A stretch of DNA of 64,000 nucleotides from Nitrospirota bacterium (GCA_024275315.1 JAJRZK010000049.1:74577-138576), one strand, 5' to 3'; counted from the stretch's first letter, positions 10,433 through 20,402 are shown. The notes: generated by a model not told the origin, from the letters alone. Numbers and translations: made by a program.

Positions 10433-11986
10433 ATGAAATTTAATATTTTAGGCAGAATCAGGATCAGGGCAAGGCTGATTATCGGCCTTGGCATACTGGT
10501 TTTGATGCTTGTTTACACCGGTGTGATGTGGCGCATCGCCTCGAAAAATATCATCAAGGGGCTTTACGACATCAGCGAAGTCCACTATCCACTCGCCGAA
10601 GCCAGCATGGAAATGCAAATGGCCATAATCCAGGTCCAGCAGTATTTCACCGATTTGTCCCTGAGCGGCGCGAAAAAGGATGAAAAAGAGGCTAACCGGT
10701 GGAAAGATCATTTCACGAAATACGCCCTTAAGGCCAGTGAAATCGCCGTAAACGACAAGATGAAAAAACAGATAGCCGACATCATGAATGATTTTGACAA
10801 ATATTTCAAAATGGCTGATGTCATGTCCAAGATTTACGCCGCCGAAGAGGACGAGGCGGGGTCGAGCATCAAAGTGGACGTGGACGCGTTTGTCGAGATC
10901 CTTCGCGGCAAGATCAACAACATTGTCAACATGACCAAGGCGAACATGATTGTGACCCTCGGGGAGACAAAGCGCATCACCAACACCACCGCCACCAGCA
11001 ACAACCTGCTTACCCTGATGATGTCGGTTATATCGATCGTCCTGGCGCTGATGCTGGCCAACTCCATCACCAGCCCCATCAACGACATAATTGTCAGGCT
11101 CAGGGCCATTGCCGAAGAGAGCGTCGCGGACCTGTCCAAAAGCATCAACGTGGAATCCAACGACGAGATTTCCGAGGTGGGTCAACTGTTCAACCAGTTC
11201 GTGGGAAAGATAAGGGCGCTTATAATACGGCTTGCCGATATGGCCGAGCACCTGGCCTCCGCCACGACGGAGCTTTCCGCCACGACAGAGCAGTTTTCGG
11301 GTCAGGCCAGGAGCCAGGCGGACCAGGTAAACCACATCACCCGCGACATAGAAGAGGTGAACAAGGCCGTGGCCAACATAGCCAGCAGGGCTGTGGACGT
11401 GGCTCGCACCTCCACGGAAACCCACGAGCTGGCTCTTGACGGCGGCAAAGTCATAAACAACAGTTCCGACGCTATAAAAAAGCTTTCGGACTATTCTTCC
11501 AAGATAGGCAACATTCTCCTTGTGATAGAGGACATAGCGAAAAAGACCGACCTGCTGGCGATCAACGCGGCCATCGAAGCCGCCAACGCTGGTGACCAGG
11601 GCAAAGGGTTTGCCGTGGTGGCCGAAGAGGTGAGAAAGCTGGCGGAGCGCACGACGCGGTCCATCGGCGAAATCAGCCGCATGATACAGGACATCCAGAC
11701 GTTCACGTCGGAAGCCGTCGATTCCATGAAGCACTCCAGCCAGGTGATGAGCAAGATCATTATCGAAGCCACGCAGGTCAACCAGATGATAGACGAGATC
11801 GCCGCGTCCACCGAGAAACAATCGGGGATAACCAACGGCATGTTGAAAAACGTGAGGTCTGTCCACGAGCTGAGCCAGGGGTTCGCTGAGCAGGCGGAAC
11901 AGTCCGAACAGGTCGCCAACGAGATTAACAACCAGTCGCTGAAACTGCAAAATGTCGTGGATGAGTTCAACGTTAATTCCAGGTAG
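10433..11986 (+). CDS. Methyl-accepting chemotaxis protein (helical-bundle sensor, HAMP, MA domain)
   Basis: Two TM helices; IAKKTDLLAINAAIEAANAG..GKGFAVVAEEVRKLAERT; ATG 10433 preferred over GTG 10397. Confidence 0.93.
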   Translation: MKFNILGRIRIRARLIIGLGILVLMLVYTGVMWRIASKNIIKGLYDISEVHYPLAEASMEMQMAIIQVQQYFTDLSLSGAKKDEKEANRWKDHFTKYALKASEIAVNDKMKKQIADIMNDFDKYFKMADVMSKIYAAEEDEAGSSIKVDVDAFVEILRGKINNIVNMTKANMIVTLGETKRITNTTATSNNLLTLMMSVISIVLALMLANSITSPINDIIVRLRAIAEESVADLSKSINVESNDEISEVGQLFNQFVGKIRALIIRLADMAEHLASATTELSATTEQFSGQARSQADQVNHITRDIEEVNKAVANIASRAVDVARTSTETHELALDGGKVINNSSDAIKKLSDYSSKIGNILLVIEDIAKKTDLLAINAAIEAANAGDQGKGFAVVAEEVRKLAERTTRSIGEISRMIQDIQTFTSEAVDSMKHSSQVMSKIIIEATQVNQMIDEIAASTEKQSGITNGMLKNVRSVHELSQGFAEQAEQSEQVANEINNQSLKLQNVVDEFNVNSR

Positions 11987-12077
11987 CGTGGTCCTGGGCG
12001 CATCGTTGACACCGGCATGACGAAAACAATCCGGGGATATGCCGGTCGCGGAATTGACACCCGGTAAGATTTGACAT

Positions 12078-13793
12078 ATGGCCGGAAAACTGCACTTCTC
12101 AAAATCACTGAAATTCAGGCTCCTGGTCCTGATAGGCCTGCTTTTTACACTATTTTCCATCTTCAACATGTACATCGCCGTATCCGACCAGAGACAGCAG
12201 GCGCTGAAACAGGCCCGAACAATTTCCGAGAGCGCCGCCAACGCCATGCTTAACGCTTTGAACATTATGATGATCCAGGACACCATCGCCCAGCGGAAAC
12301 AGTTTTTGCGGATGATGAAAGACAACCTCGGTTTCGACGAGATCAGGGTTTTCAGGAGTGAATCGGTCACAAGGCAATATGGTCCCGGGCTTGAAGGTGA
12401 ACAACCGGTGAACAGCGCCGAAAAAGAAGTGCTTGAAAACGGGAAACCAAGGTTCGATGTCATCAAAACCCCGCAAGGCAGGAAATTCCGCGCGATGGTC
12501 CCTTTCCTGATGGTCAAGGACAGGTCCGGCGTCAACTGTCTGGATTGTCATGACGGAAAAGTCGGCACCGTAAACGGCGGTGTGAGCATCCTGATGGGCA
12601 TGAAAGAGATAGACGCCGCGCTTTTCACCAACCTCACCGAGCTTGTCATCATCAATCTGCTGGGGCTGGTGGCTCTTCTGGCGAGTATATTGTTCATCCA
12701 GCAAAAGCTGGTTCTCGGTCCCCTGTCCACCATGCGCGAAACCATGGAGTCCGTGGAGCGCGACTCCGACCTGCGCAGGAGTATCGAGATTAAGTCTGAT
12801 AACGAAGTGGGCATGATGTCGAGCGCGTTTAACAAGATGATGCAAAAATTCCAGGCCATCATCGGCCAGATGGCCAGAACAGCCGAGCACCTGGCCTCCG
12901 CCACGACGGAGCTTTCCGCCACGACAGAGCAGTTTTCAAGCCAGGCCAGGAGCCAGGCGGACCAGGTAAACCACATCACCCGCGATATAGAAGAGGTGAA
13001 CAAGGCCGTGGCCAACATAGCTCAAAGCACCGTGGATGTGGCTCGCACCTCCACGCAAACCCACGAGCTGGCCCTCGACGGCGGCAAAGTCATAAACAAC
13101 AGTTCCTACGCCATAAAAAAGCTTTCGGACTATTCCTCCAAGATAGGCAATATCCTTCTCGTGGTGGAGGACATAGCGAAAAAGACCGACCTGCTGGCGA
13201 TCAACGCGGCCATCGAAGCCGCCAACGCTGGTGAACAGGGCAAAGGTTTCGCCGTGGTGGCCGAGGAGGTGAGAAAGCTGGCGGAGCGCACGACGCGGTC
13301 CATCGGCGAAATCAGCCGCATGATACAGGACATCCGGTCGTTCACGTCGGAAGCTGTCGATTCCATGAAGCATTCCAGTGAAGTCATGAACAAGATCATT
13401 CTTGAAACGACCAGGGTCAACGAAATGGTGGACGGGATAGCGACCTCCACCGACAAGCAATCGGGAATAACCAGCGGCATGCTGGCGAAAGTAAGATCGG
13501 TCCACGAGCTGAGCCAGGGGTTCGCCGCGCAGGCGGAACAGTCCGAACAGGTCGCCAACGAGATTAACGACCAGTCGCTGAAACTTCAGGAATGGGTCGA
13601 CCAGTTCCACATAGACTACAAATCGTACGGCGACCCGTCCGACGGGGGCGGCCTGTCCGACGGGGGCGGCCCGTCCGACGGGGGCGGCCTGTCCGACGGG
13701 GGCGGCCTGTCCGACGGGGGCGGCCTGTCCGCTGGGGGCGGCCCGCCCGACGACAGGAAAATCGACGAGATGGACCAACCCTGGACGAGATGA
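12078..13793 (+). CDS. Methyl-accepting chemotaxis protein with periplasmic c-type heme sensor domain (DUF3365/Tll0287-like) and repetitive C-terminal tail
   Basis: CLDCH between the two TMs; MA signature; DGGG(L/P)S repeats at the C-terminus. Confidence 0.9.
   Translation: MAGKLHFSKSLKFRLLVLIGLLFTLFSIFNMYIAVSDQRQQALKQARTISESAANAMLNALNIMMIQDTIAQRKQFLRMMKDNLGFDEIRVFRSESVTRQYGPGLEGEQPVNSAEKEVLENGKPRFDVIKTPQGRKFRAMVPFLMVKDRSGVNCLDCHDGKVGTVNGGVSILMGMKEIDAALFTNLTELVIINLLGLVALLASILFIQQKLVLGPLSTMRETMESVERDSDLRRSIEIKSDNEVGMMSSAFNKMMQKFQAIIGQMARTAEHLASATTELSATTEQFSSQARSQADQVNHITRDIEEVNKAVANIAQSTVDVARTSTQTHELALDGGKVINNSSYAIKKLSDYSSKIGNILLVVEDIAKKTDLLAINAAIEAANAGEQGKGFAVVAEEVRKLAERTTRSIGEISRMIQDIRSFTSEAVDSMKHSSEVMNKIILETTRVNEMVDGIATSTDKQSGITSGMLAKVRSVHELSQGFAAQAEQSEQVANEINDQSLKLQEWVDQFHIDYKSYGDPSDGGGLSDGGGPSDGGGLSDGGGLSDGGGLSAGGGPPDDRKIDEMDQPWTR
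13637..13751 (+). repeat. In-frame 18-bp tandem repeat (GTCCGACGGGGGCGGCC[T/C]) x about 6
   Basis: Read directly; encodes SDGGG(L/P) repeats. Confidence 0.95.
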
Positions 13794-13844
13794 CAGATTC
13801 CCGAAACCGCATAGCCGGTTTTGCGCTGAAAAGGGAGCTTGGGT

Positions 13845-14150
13845 TTAATCCTTGAACATTTTCAGGAAACCGAGCAACCTTCCACCGTCATCGGACATGA
13901 TCTCCTCGAGCTCTCCGGCGTCGAGCCAAACACCGTCGCAACCGGAGCATTTGTCTATCTTTATATTCTTGTGGTCGATTTCTATCAGATGCATTCCACA
14001 TTTCGGACAACACATGTAATGCAGGTCACGAAGCCTGTTTTTCTCCGCTTCCGCCATTGCCCGCTGTTTTTCCTCGTCCAGTTTTTTATTGCGTTCAAAT
14101 TCTCTCTTGGCGAAATATTCGTCCTCTTTCGAGCTAGGCCTGTCTATCAC
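13845..14150 (-). CDS. Zinc-ribbon (zf-TFIIB-like) protein
   Basis: EDEYF N-terminus; CPKCG...DKCSGCDGVWLDAGELE. Confidence 0.85.
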   Translation of the reverse strand: MIDRPSSKEDEYFAKREFERNKKLDEEKQRAMAEAEKNRLRDLHYMCCPKCGMHLIEIDHKNIKIDKCSGCDGVWLDAGELEEIMSDDGGRLLGFLKMFKD

Positions 14151-14336
14151 TTTATAAAACCCCCAAAGGAATAATTAACAAACAATCCACGGATTCTATC
14201 CGCCTTGCAACCCGTGGTCAACTCGATTAACCGGGCGGCCCCCTTTCGGGATTTTGTTCATGTGTCACGCTGACCCTGCGGCCGGTTGCAGGGGTATAAT
14301 AGAGATGATAGGCAAAACAGCGTGACAGGTTATATT

Positions 14337-15443
14337 ATGACTGGCAAAAAAGTGAGCGTTTTCGCCAAAGATCCGGAGCCCGGTGTGCTGGACCAGTTCT
14401 ATTCCGCGGTCAACCAGGGGTTCACCGTCCAGGCGGCGTTGATGCCGGACGCTCATTTCGGCTATACCCTTCCCATAGGCGCGGTGGTGGCCACCGACTC
14501 GGTTATATTGCCCTCCTGGGTGGGGTACGATATCGGGTGCGGCATGGTGGCCGCGCGGACGACGCTTGGCAGGAGCGAAATCGAGCCGTACCGTGAAAAA
14601 ATCTTCAACGGGATTTACCGCGCTGTTCCCACCGGGTACGCCCATAACAAACACGACAGCCAATGGGACCACGCGAAGATACCGATGACATCGGCGTTGA
14701 GAAAAATATTCGAGCGAAACGGACTCAGGCAGATTGGCACGCTCGGCGGCGGCAACCATTTCATAGAAATCAGCCACGACGAGTCTGGCGCCGTATGGGT
14801 GGTTATACATTCCGGTAGCCGCAACGTGGGGCATTCTGTCGCCACGCACTACATGAAGCTGGCCTCCGGCGGGAAGAAAGCGAGAGAGGGTCATTTTGGG
14901 TTCAACGTGAACTCGTCCGCCGGTAGGGACTATATCATGGATATGAAGTTTTGCGTCGAGTTCGCGCTGGAAAACAGGAAACGAATGATCAACCGCGTTG
15001 TGCGGGAGATATATCATCACCTCGGCAAAGACGAGGAGCCGGAGACCCTGGCGTTTATCAACCGCACCCATAACCATGCCGAGCTGAAGGACGGCGTGTG
15101 GATACATCGCAAAGGCGCCACACACGCTGAAAAGGGGATGGAAGGGGTGATCCCGGGCAACATGCGTGATGGCAGTTTTATCGTGGTAGGCAAGGGCGAC
15201 CCGGACAGCCTGTTCTCCAGCTCCCACGGAGCCGGCAGGGCGTTGAGCCGCAAAAAGGCGAAGGCTACGATTGACATGGCGAAATTCGCGCGACAGATGG
15301 AGGGGATCACCTCCAGGGTGAGACCCTCCACCATCGATGAAGCGCCGGAGGCTTACAAGGATATTTACGAAATAATGGAACAGCAGAAAAAATTGGTGAC
15401 AGTTACAAGCCATCTCAAACCGATCATCAACATCAAGGCGTGA
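14337..15443 (+). CDS. rtcB: RtcB-family RNA ligase
   Basis: MPDAH, VGYDIGCG, GTLGGGNHF, HSGSR, HNHA, HRKGAT, SHGAGR. Confidence 0.93.
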   Translation: MTGKKVSVFAKDPEPGVLDQFYSAVNQGFTVQAALMPDAHFGYTLPIGAVVATDSVILPSWVGYDIGCGMVAARTTLGRSEIEPYREKIFNGIYRAVPTGYAHNKHDSQWDHAKIPMTSALRKIFERNGLRQIGTLGGGNHFIEISHDESGAVWVVIHSGSRNVGHSVATHYMKLASGGKKAREGHFGFNVNSSAGRDYIMDMKFCVEFALENRKRMINRVVREIYHHLGKDEEPETLAFINRTHNHAELKDGVWIHRKGATHAEKGMEGVIPGNMRDGSFIVVGKGDPDSLFSSSHGAGRALSRKKAKATIDMAKFARQMEGITSRVRPSTIDEAPEAYKDIYEIMEQQKKLVTVTSHLKPIINIKA

Positions 15444-15878
15444 CGCTGTTAACATGGCGCAAGGAGCAGAGGCGCCGTTATGGCGCGCGGTAATCGTGGA
15501 TTCGCAGATTTGTCTGGACAATGTTCTGGGGTTGCTGTAGTATCCAACGGACAGTGGGATTCAACTTCGGATGCACTGAATTTTAGTTTAGTTAGAACTT
15601 GCGGATACATCGCCTGCCTGCGTTTTCTCCTAAAATTAAAAAGTCTTTTCCCGACAAGGGCGATAAGGACAAACTGACCAGGGGTTGGTATGTCATTAAA
15701 GAAATGGAAAGGATAACAGGAACATTTATACAGAGAATCCGCCATTCCCGGCCCACGAGGAGACTGTGCAAAAGGTGTTCGGGTCTTTCGGTGAAATTAA
15801 ATCACGAAAGCCGGATACCGATCGGAAGACCGCGCGCTTGTAGCTCGCATTTGCTTTTACAATTTAAACAGAAAAAAT

Positions 15879-17183
15879 ATGGAAAACCAAACATTTGAAA
15901 ATCTTGAATTAATACCTCCCTTAAGGCGCGCCCTGCGCGGTGAGGGGTATAAGGAACCCACACCCATACAAATCTCCGCAATCCCGCACCTGATAGATGG
16001 TAGGGACCTGCTGGGATTGGCGCAGACCGGCACAGGCAAGACAGCCGCGTTCGCCTTGCCGACGTTGCAACGTCTGGCGGACGAGACCAGGCGTGTTCCA
16101 CGCGCTCCCAGGGCGTTGATACTTGCCCCCACACGAGAGTTGGCGGTGCAGGTCGGGCGCAGTTTCGACGTATACGGCAGATACGTAAAGCTGAAAAACA
16201 CCGTGATCTATGGCGGTGTCGGACAGACGCCGCAGGCTCGCGCGCTCGCACGCGGTGTGGATATTGTAATCGCCACGCCGGGCAGGTTGCTGGACTTGAT
16301 GGGGCAGGGGCTGCTTACGCTGGATCGGGTTGAAATATTCATACTCGACGAAGCGGACAGAATGCTCGACATGGGGTTCATCAACGACGTCAACAAAATA
16401 GCCGAGGCGGTTCCGTCACAACGGCAAACCATGCTCTTCTCGGCGACCATGATGCCGGCGGTGTCGAAGCTGGCCGACAACATGCTCAACGACCCGGTGA
16501 AAGTCTCCGTCGATCCCATTTCCTCCGCCGTGGAGCTTATAGAACAAAAAGTGATGTTCGTGGACCACTCCAACAAAGAAGCGCTTCTGCGAGAGTTGCT
16601 CAAGGACAAATCCGTTGTGCGTGCGCTGGTTTTTACACGCACCAAGCACAGGGCCAACCGCGTGGCCGACAAGCTCAACCGGTACAAGATTCACGCCGAG
16701 GCGATACACGGAAACAAGTCGCAGGGAGCGCGCCAGCAGGCGCTGGATAATTTCAGCTCCGGCAAGTCCCGTGTCCTGGTGGCCACCGATATCGCCGCTA
16801 GGGGTATCGACATCGACGGGATCAGTCACGTCATCAACTTCGAGTTGCCGGACGAGCCTGAAAGCTATGTGCACAGGATCGGCCGGACAGGCAGGGCCGG
16901 CGCGGCGGGTATGGCCATTACATTTTGCGACATAGGTGAGCGTTCTCATCTGAACACCATCCAGCGCGTGATAAAGTCAACCGTGCCGGTGGATGAAAAA
17001 CACCCTTTCCACTCTGTCGCGGCGGCGGCGGCTTCTTCTTTTCCCTCTTATATCCGAACCAGGCGCGGCAACGGCTATGGGGGCGGGGGCGGCCGGGGCT
17101 CGTATGGGGCCAAAAAACCGTCCGGACGTGGACGAAGAGATTCGAGGGTGGGGTCTTACGGCCGTAGCCAGCGGAGACCATAA
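15879..17183 (+). CDS. rhlE: DEAD-box ATP-dependent RNA helicase (RhlE-like)
   Basis: [31 protein letters not shown]; Gly/Arg-rich tail. Confidence 0.93.
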   Translation: MENQTFENLELIPPLRRALRGEGYKEPTPIQISAIPHLIDGRDLLGLAQTGTGKTAAFALPTLQRLADETRRVPRAPRALILAPTRELAVQVGRSFDVYGRYVKLKNTVIYGGVGQTPQARALARGVDIVIATPGRLLDLMGQGLLTLDRVEIFILDEADRMLDMGFINDVNKIAEAVPSQRQTMLFSATMMPAVSKLADNMLNDPVKVSVDPISSAVELIEQKVMFVDHSNKEALLRELLKDKSVVRALVFTRTKHRANRVADKLNRYKIHAEAIHGNKSQGARQQALDNFSSGKSRVLVATDIAARGIDIDGISHVINFELPDEPESYVHRIGRTGRAGAAGMAITFCDIGERSHLNTIQRVIKSTVPVDEKHPFHSVAAAAASSFPSYIRTRRGNGYGGGGGRGSYGAKKPSGRGRRDSRVGSYGRSQRRP

Positions 17184-17185
17184 CG

Positions 17186-17445
17186 GCTGGTTTCGAACGG
17201 AACGGCCTGTCTTACCGGGCTGTCACTATCGATAAATTGATATCCGCATAAAAGAATAGCTGCTGGTTCCGGGCGAAACGGTCTGTCTTGCCGGGCTGTC
17301 ACTATCGATAAATTGATATCCGCATAAAAGAATAGCTGCTGGTTTCGAACAGAACGGCCTGTCTTACCGGGCTGTCACTATCGATAAATTGATATCCGCA
17401 CAAAGAATAGCGGCTGACCCCGGGCGGAACGGTCTGCTTTACCTG
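17186..17445. repeat. 76-bp tandem repeat, about 3.4 copies, between convergent rhlE and yqgE
   Basis: TGTCACTATCGATAAATTGATATCCGCA recurs at 17221, 17297 and 17373 (76-bp period). Confidence 0.93.
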
Positions 17446-18116
17446 TGGGTGTATTGCGGATTTTTTCCGGTTGGGGAGAATATCCATTGTTCGGGTTTCG
17501 GCTCAAACGACAGGTCCCGCCACAGGTGGGAAATATCTTTCCTGAAAATTTCATCAACCCTCGCCTTGAAGATTTTCCAGTCTCCCCGGGCGATCTCATA
17601 ATCGAGCTGGCCGGGAGCCCATCCGGAATACCCGGCGTATCCCCTGGCGTCGGTTCCCGGGGTTTTGAAAAGGTGGGCCAGCTTTTTTATGTTTACACTG
17701 ATAAACACGTCGCCAAACACTTTGTCGGTTTCGTCCGCGGCGGGCTTTTCCTTGCTTCGAAACAGCATGACGAACATGTTCGAAGAGACCGGCCCGCCGT
17801 AATAAAGCAACTCGTCCAGACTTTGTAGCTCGTCTATGTCGGGTAGGGCGCGCGCAAGGGAAACGTCGGTCGGGTGATTGATGATAATCCCCACGGAGCC
17901 GTCTGCGCCATAATGGGTGATGAGGATGACGGATTGGTAAAAACGTGGATCGGGCATCTCCTTGTTTGCCACCAGGAACACTCCCTGCGCCGGGTCTATC
18001 TTTAAACCGGAGCTTCTCCCGTGAGACAATCCCGTCGCGGCTGTCGGGGTTGGCGTGGAGAGGATCGCAAATATTGCAAAATGGGATGAAAACAGGAGCC
18101 CGGCTATTTGTTTCAT
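17439..18116 (-). CDS. yqgE: YqgE/AlgH (DUF179) family protein with N-terminal hydrophobic extension
   Basis: FLVA...DPRFYQSVILI, GIIINHP, YYGGPV, GYSGWAPGQLDYEIARGDW. Confidence 0.88.
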   Translation of the reverse strand: MKQIAGLLFSSHFAIFAILSTPTPTAATGLSHGRSSGLKIDPAQGVFLVANKEMPDPRFYQSVILITHYGADGSVGIIINHPTDVSLARALPDIDELQSLDELLYYGGPVSSNMFVMLFRSKEKPAADETDKVFGDVFISVNIKKLAHLFKTPGTDARGYAGYSGWAPGQLDYEIARGDWKIFKARVDEIFRKDISHLWRDLSFEPKPEQWIFSPTGKNPQYTHR

Positions 18117-18313
18117 ACGCGACCACTCAGGATATATCTGTTAATCAGCCTCCTAGCCTAACGCAAAAAAAGGGCTATTAAAACGAAAAATTCTCTCTTT
18201 ATACGCACACCGGTCACGCCTGAAATGTGCATGCCGAAAAAATAAAAAAAACATCCATAAAGCCTCCGGCCGCGGCGGAATTGATGTAGAATTGAAAACG
18301 TCGGTTTTAACTA

Positions 18314-18656
18314 TCGCCCTCGCGACTCGGGTGTCGCCCTCGCGACTCGGGTGTCGCCCTCGCGACTCGGGTGTCGCCCTCGCGACTCGGGTGTCGCCCT
18401 CGCGACTTGGGTGCCACACTCGCGACTTGGGTGCCACACTCGCGACTTGGGTGCCACACTCGCGACTTGGGTGTCACACTCGCGACTTGGGTGTCACACT
18501 CGCGACTTGGGTGCCACACTCGCGACTTGGGTGCCACACTCGCGACTCGGGTGTCGCCCTCGCGACTCGGGTGTCGCCCTCGCGACTCGGGTGTCGCCCT
18601 CGCGACTTGGGTGTCGCCCTCGCGACTTGGGTGTCGCCCTCGCGACTTGGGTGTCG
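18314..18656. repeat. 20-bp tandem repeat x17 (CGCGACTYGGGTGYCRCMCT)
   Basis: CGCGACT recurs exactly every 20 bp from 18321 to 18641. Confidence 0.97.
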
Positions 18657-18720
18657 TCGGGTTTGCTTTATGGACGCGCCATCGAAATATCCGGCTGTAG
18701 CCCTGAATCATGGTCAGATA

Positions 18721-19638
18721 ATGGCAGTATATGTTTTGTCACGCGTAAAGGTGAGCGGTACGAACTCGCGCCGTTCCAACGCCGCTTCAAGACCGTTTTC
18801 GCCGGTCACGGTTGCGTGCCTTGTTTTGGTAATGGCGTTATTATCCATCCCCTGCGGATCGTTTGCCACGCCCGGTTCTGTGGAGAACGGCGCCGCGCTT
18901 TACATGGTGCATTGCGTCCAGTGTCACGGGCCCGGGGGCAAAGGCGATGGAACAGCGGCCCAATACCTGCCAAGGCGGCCAAGGGATTTTACCGAAGGGT
19001 TGTACAAGATAAAAACAAGCCCGCCGACAACCATGCTCTCCAGGGACGAGGATATTTATTATTCGATAACGAAAGGCATGTCAATAGCCGGAATGCCGCC
19101 GTGGGAAAAAGTTCTCACTGACAAACAAAGGTGGGACCTGGTGGCGTATTTAAAATCCCTTTCGGATTTGTACGACGATGAGCCCAACCCGGAGCCGCTC
19201 GATTTGGGCGGGCGGATTCCACCTTCACCGGACAGTGTAAAACGGGGCAACCGGGCCTATTTCAAGCTGCTTTGCCATGAATGCCATGGTGAGACGGGAC
19301 AGGGACCATCCATTAAAAAGCTCAGGGATGATTACGGCGACAGGATTTGGCCCCGGGACCTGACCAGGACCGACACCTTCATCGGTCCTGCTACACCCGA
19401 TGCGATTTACACCCGCATAACCAACGGCATCCCGCTGACGCCGATGCCTGCACATGTAAAAAACCCGAATAACGATCAGCTCGAGGATCTTAGGTGGGAT
19501 ATAGCCAACTATATAGTCTGGCGGGCCGCTGAAGCGCAGAAACTGAGGAGGGAGAGGATGTTGAAAATCGTGGGCGCGTCCTTGGTTATCCTGGGCGCCG
19601 GCATGATATTCTTTCGGCGCCGTAACGCCAGGGCATAA
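18721..19638 (+). CDS. Diheme c-type cytochrome with C-terminal membrane anchor (start uncertain)
   Basis: CVQCH and CHECH, each followed by PRD(F/L)T and a distal Met (GMPPW, PMPAH); signal peptide; C-terminal TM followed by RRRN. Confidence 0.88.
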   Translation: MAVYVLSRVKVSGTNSRRSNAASRPFSPVTVACLVLVMALLSIPCGSFATPGSVENGAALYMVHCVQCHGPGGKGDGTAAQYLPRRPRDFTEGLYKIKTSPPTTMLSRDEDIYYSITKGMSIAGMPPWEKVLTDKQRWDLVAYLKSLSDLYDDEPNPEPLDLGGRIPPSPDSVKRGNRAYFKLLCHECHGETGQGPSIKKLRDDYGDRIWPRDLTRTDTFIGPATPDAIYTRITNGIPLTPMPAHVKNPNNDQLEDLRWDIANYIVWRAAEAQKLRRERMLKIVGASLVILGAGMIFFRRRNARA

Positions 19639-19783
19639 CGATTATGCTGATAACCTGTTTATAAACAGTGGATTTTTGGTTGTTCGGAAAATTTCGCCAT
19701 AACTTTTGTTGTAAACTCGGTTTCGTGATTGTAGAATATCAACGTAGACCAAGAGAAGTATTTCTGGTCTGTATCTTAGGAGT

Positions 19784-20377
19784 GTGGACTTGAAAGCGAC
19801 GACAATATTCTCGATGGGCCTGGTTGCGTTGCTCATCATCGTAGTAGCCGGCGTCATCATCCCCAACCCCGTAAAAGGGCTTATCCTCAGCGAAGCCAAG
19901 GCCAGCGGCTATGTTGAATATACACCCATGGAAGCCTATGACCTGGCCAAAACGATATGCACCCAGTGTCACAGCGTTGAAAGAATAAAGCTGTACTGTC
20001 CACGGTGCGGACCTCCGTTCGTGGCCGTCGTTCCCCATATGCAGACGTTTATAGACAACTTCAGAAAATCCAAACCGGACATGGAGTTTACGAATATCAC
20101 CCAGCCCCAGGCCGTGGCCATCGTACAGGTATGGAACGCGCTGGTGGGCAATTGGGAGACCGACTTCCGGGAGCAGGACATTCTCAAGCTGATCGGCCAA
20201 TATGACCTGCTGGCCGAGCTGTACAAAACACCGGTGGAACAGCGGCCGATCGAATATGCGTTGAGCATGCGCGATGACCTCAAGATAGGGCACATGTCCG
20301 GACAGTTGGACGCTCAGAAAGACCTCGGCAAAAAACCCGGCGACAACACCAAATCCACAACAGGTCCAAACCAATGA
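19784..20377 (+). CDS. Membrane-anchored monoheme cytochrome c with an extra CPRC motif
   Basis: N-terminal TM; CTQCHSVERIKLYCPRCGPPF...PHM. Confidence 0.75.
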   Translation: MDLKATTIFSMGLVALLIIVVAGVIIPNPVKGLILSEAKASGYVEYTPMEAYDLAKTICTQCHSVERIKLYCPRCGPPFVAVVPHMQTFIDNFRKSKPDMEFTNITQPQAVAIVQVWNALVGNWETDFREQDILKLIGQYDLLAELYKTPVEQRPIEYALSMRDDLKIGHMSGQLDAQKDLGKKPGDNTKSTTGPNQ

Positions 20378-20402
20378 TAATGAAACGGGCTGTCCTTATG
20401 AC

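Noticed and set aside
9923..11986. PBP-MCP fusion by read-through of TAG 10394-10396 (next ORF is in frame)
   Set aside because: Both proteins look complete, the MCP has its own ATG at 10433, and a fusion would invert its membrane topology
10448..12535. Long antisense ORFs (695 aa here; similar ones opposite rtcB, mes and cheA)
   Set aside because: Shadow ORFs of GC-rich coding strands, with no recognisable motifs
15449..15898. Small ORFs between rtcB and rhlE
   Set aside because: No RBS or motif support; mutually overlapping; treated as intergenic or decayed sequence
17186..17445. CRISPR array (46-bp constant plus 30-bp variable parts)
   Set aside because: The variable parts are homologous to one another, there are only about 3 units, and no cas genes are in the window
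18314..18656. CRISPR array or coding repeat (ORFs 18292, 18307, 18351, 18371)
   Set aside because: No unique spacers; the 20-bp unit is not a multiple of 3 and simply lacks stops; the cytochrome signal peptide begins after the array
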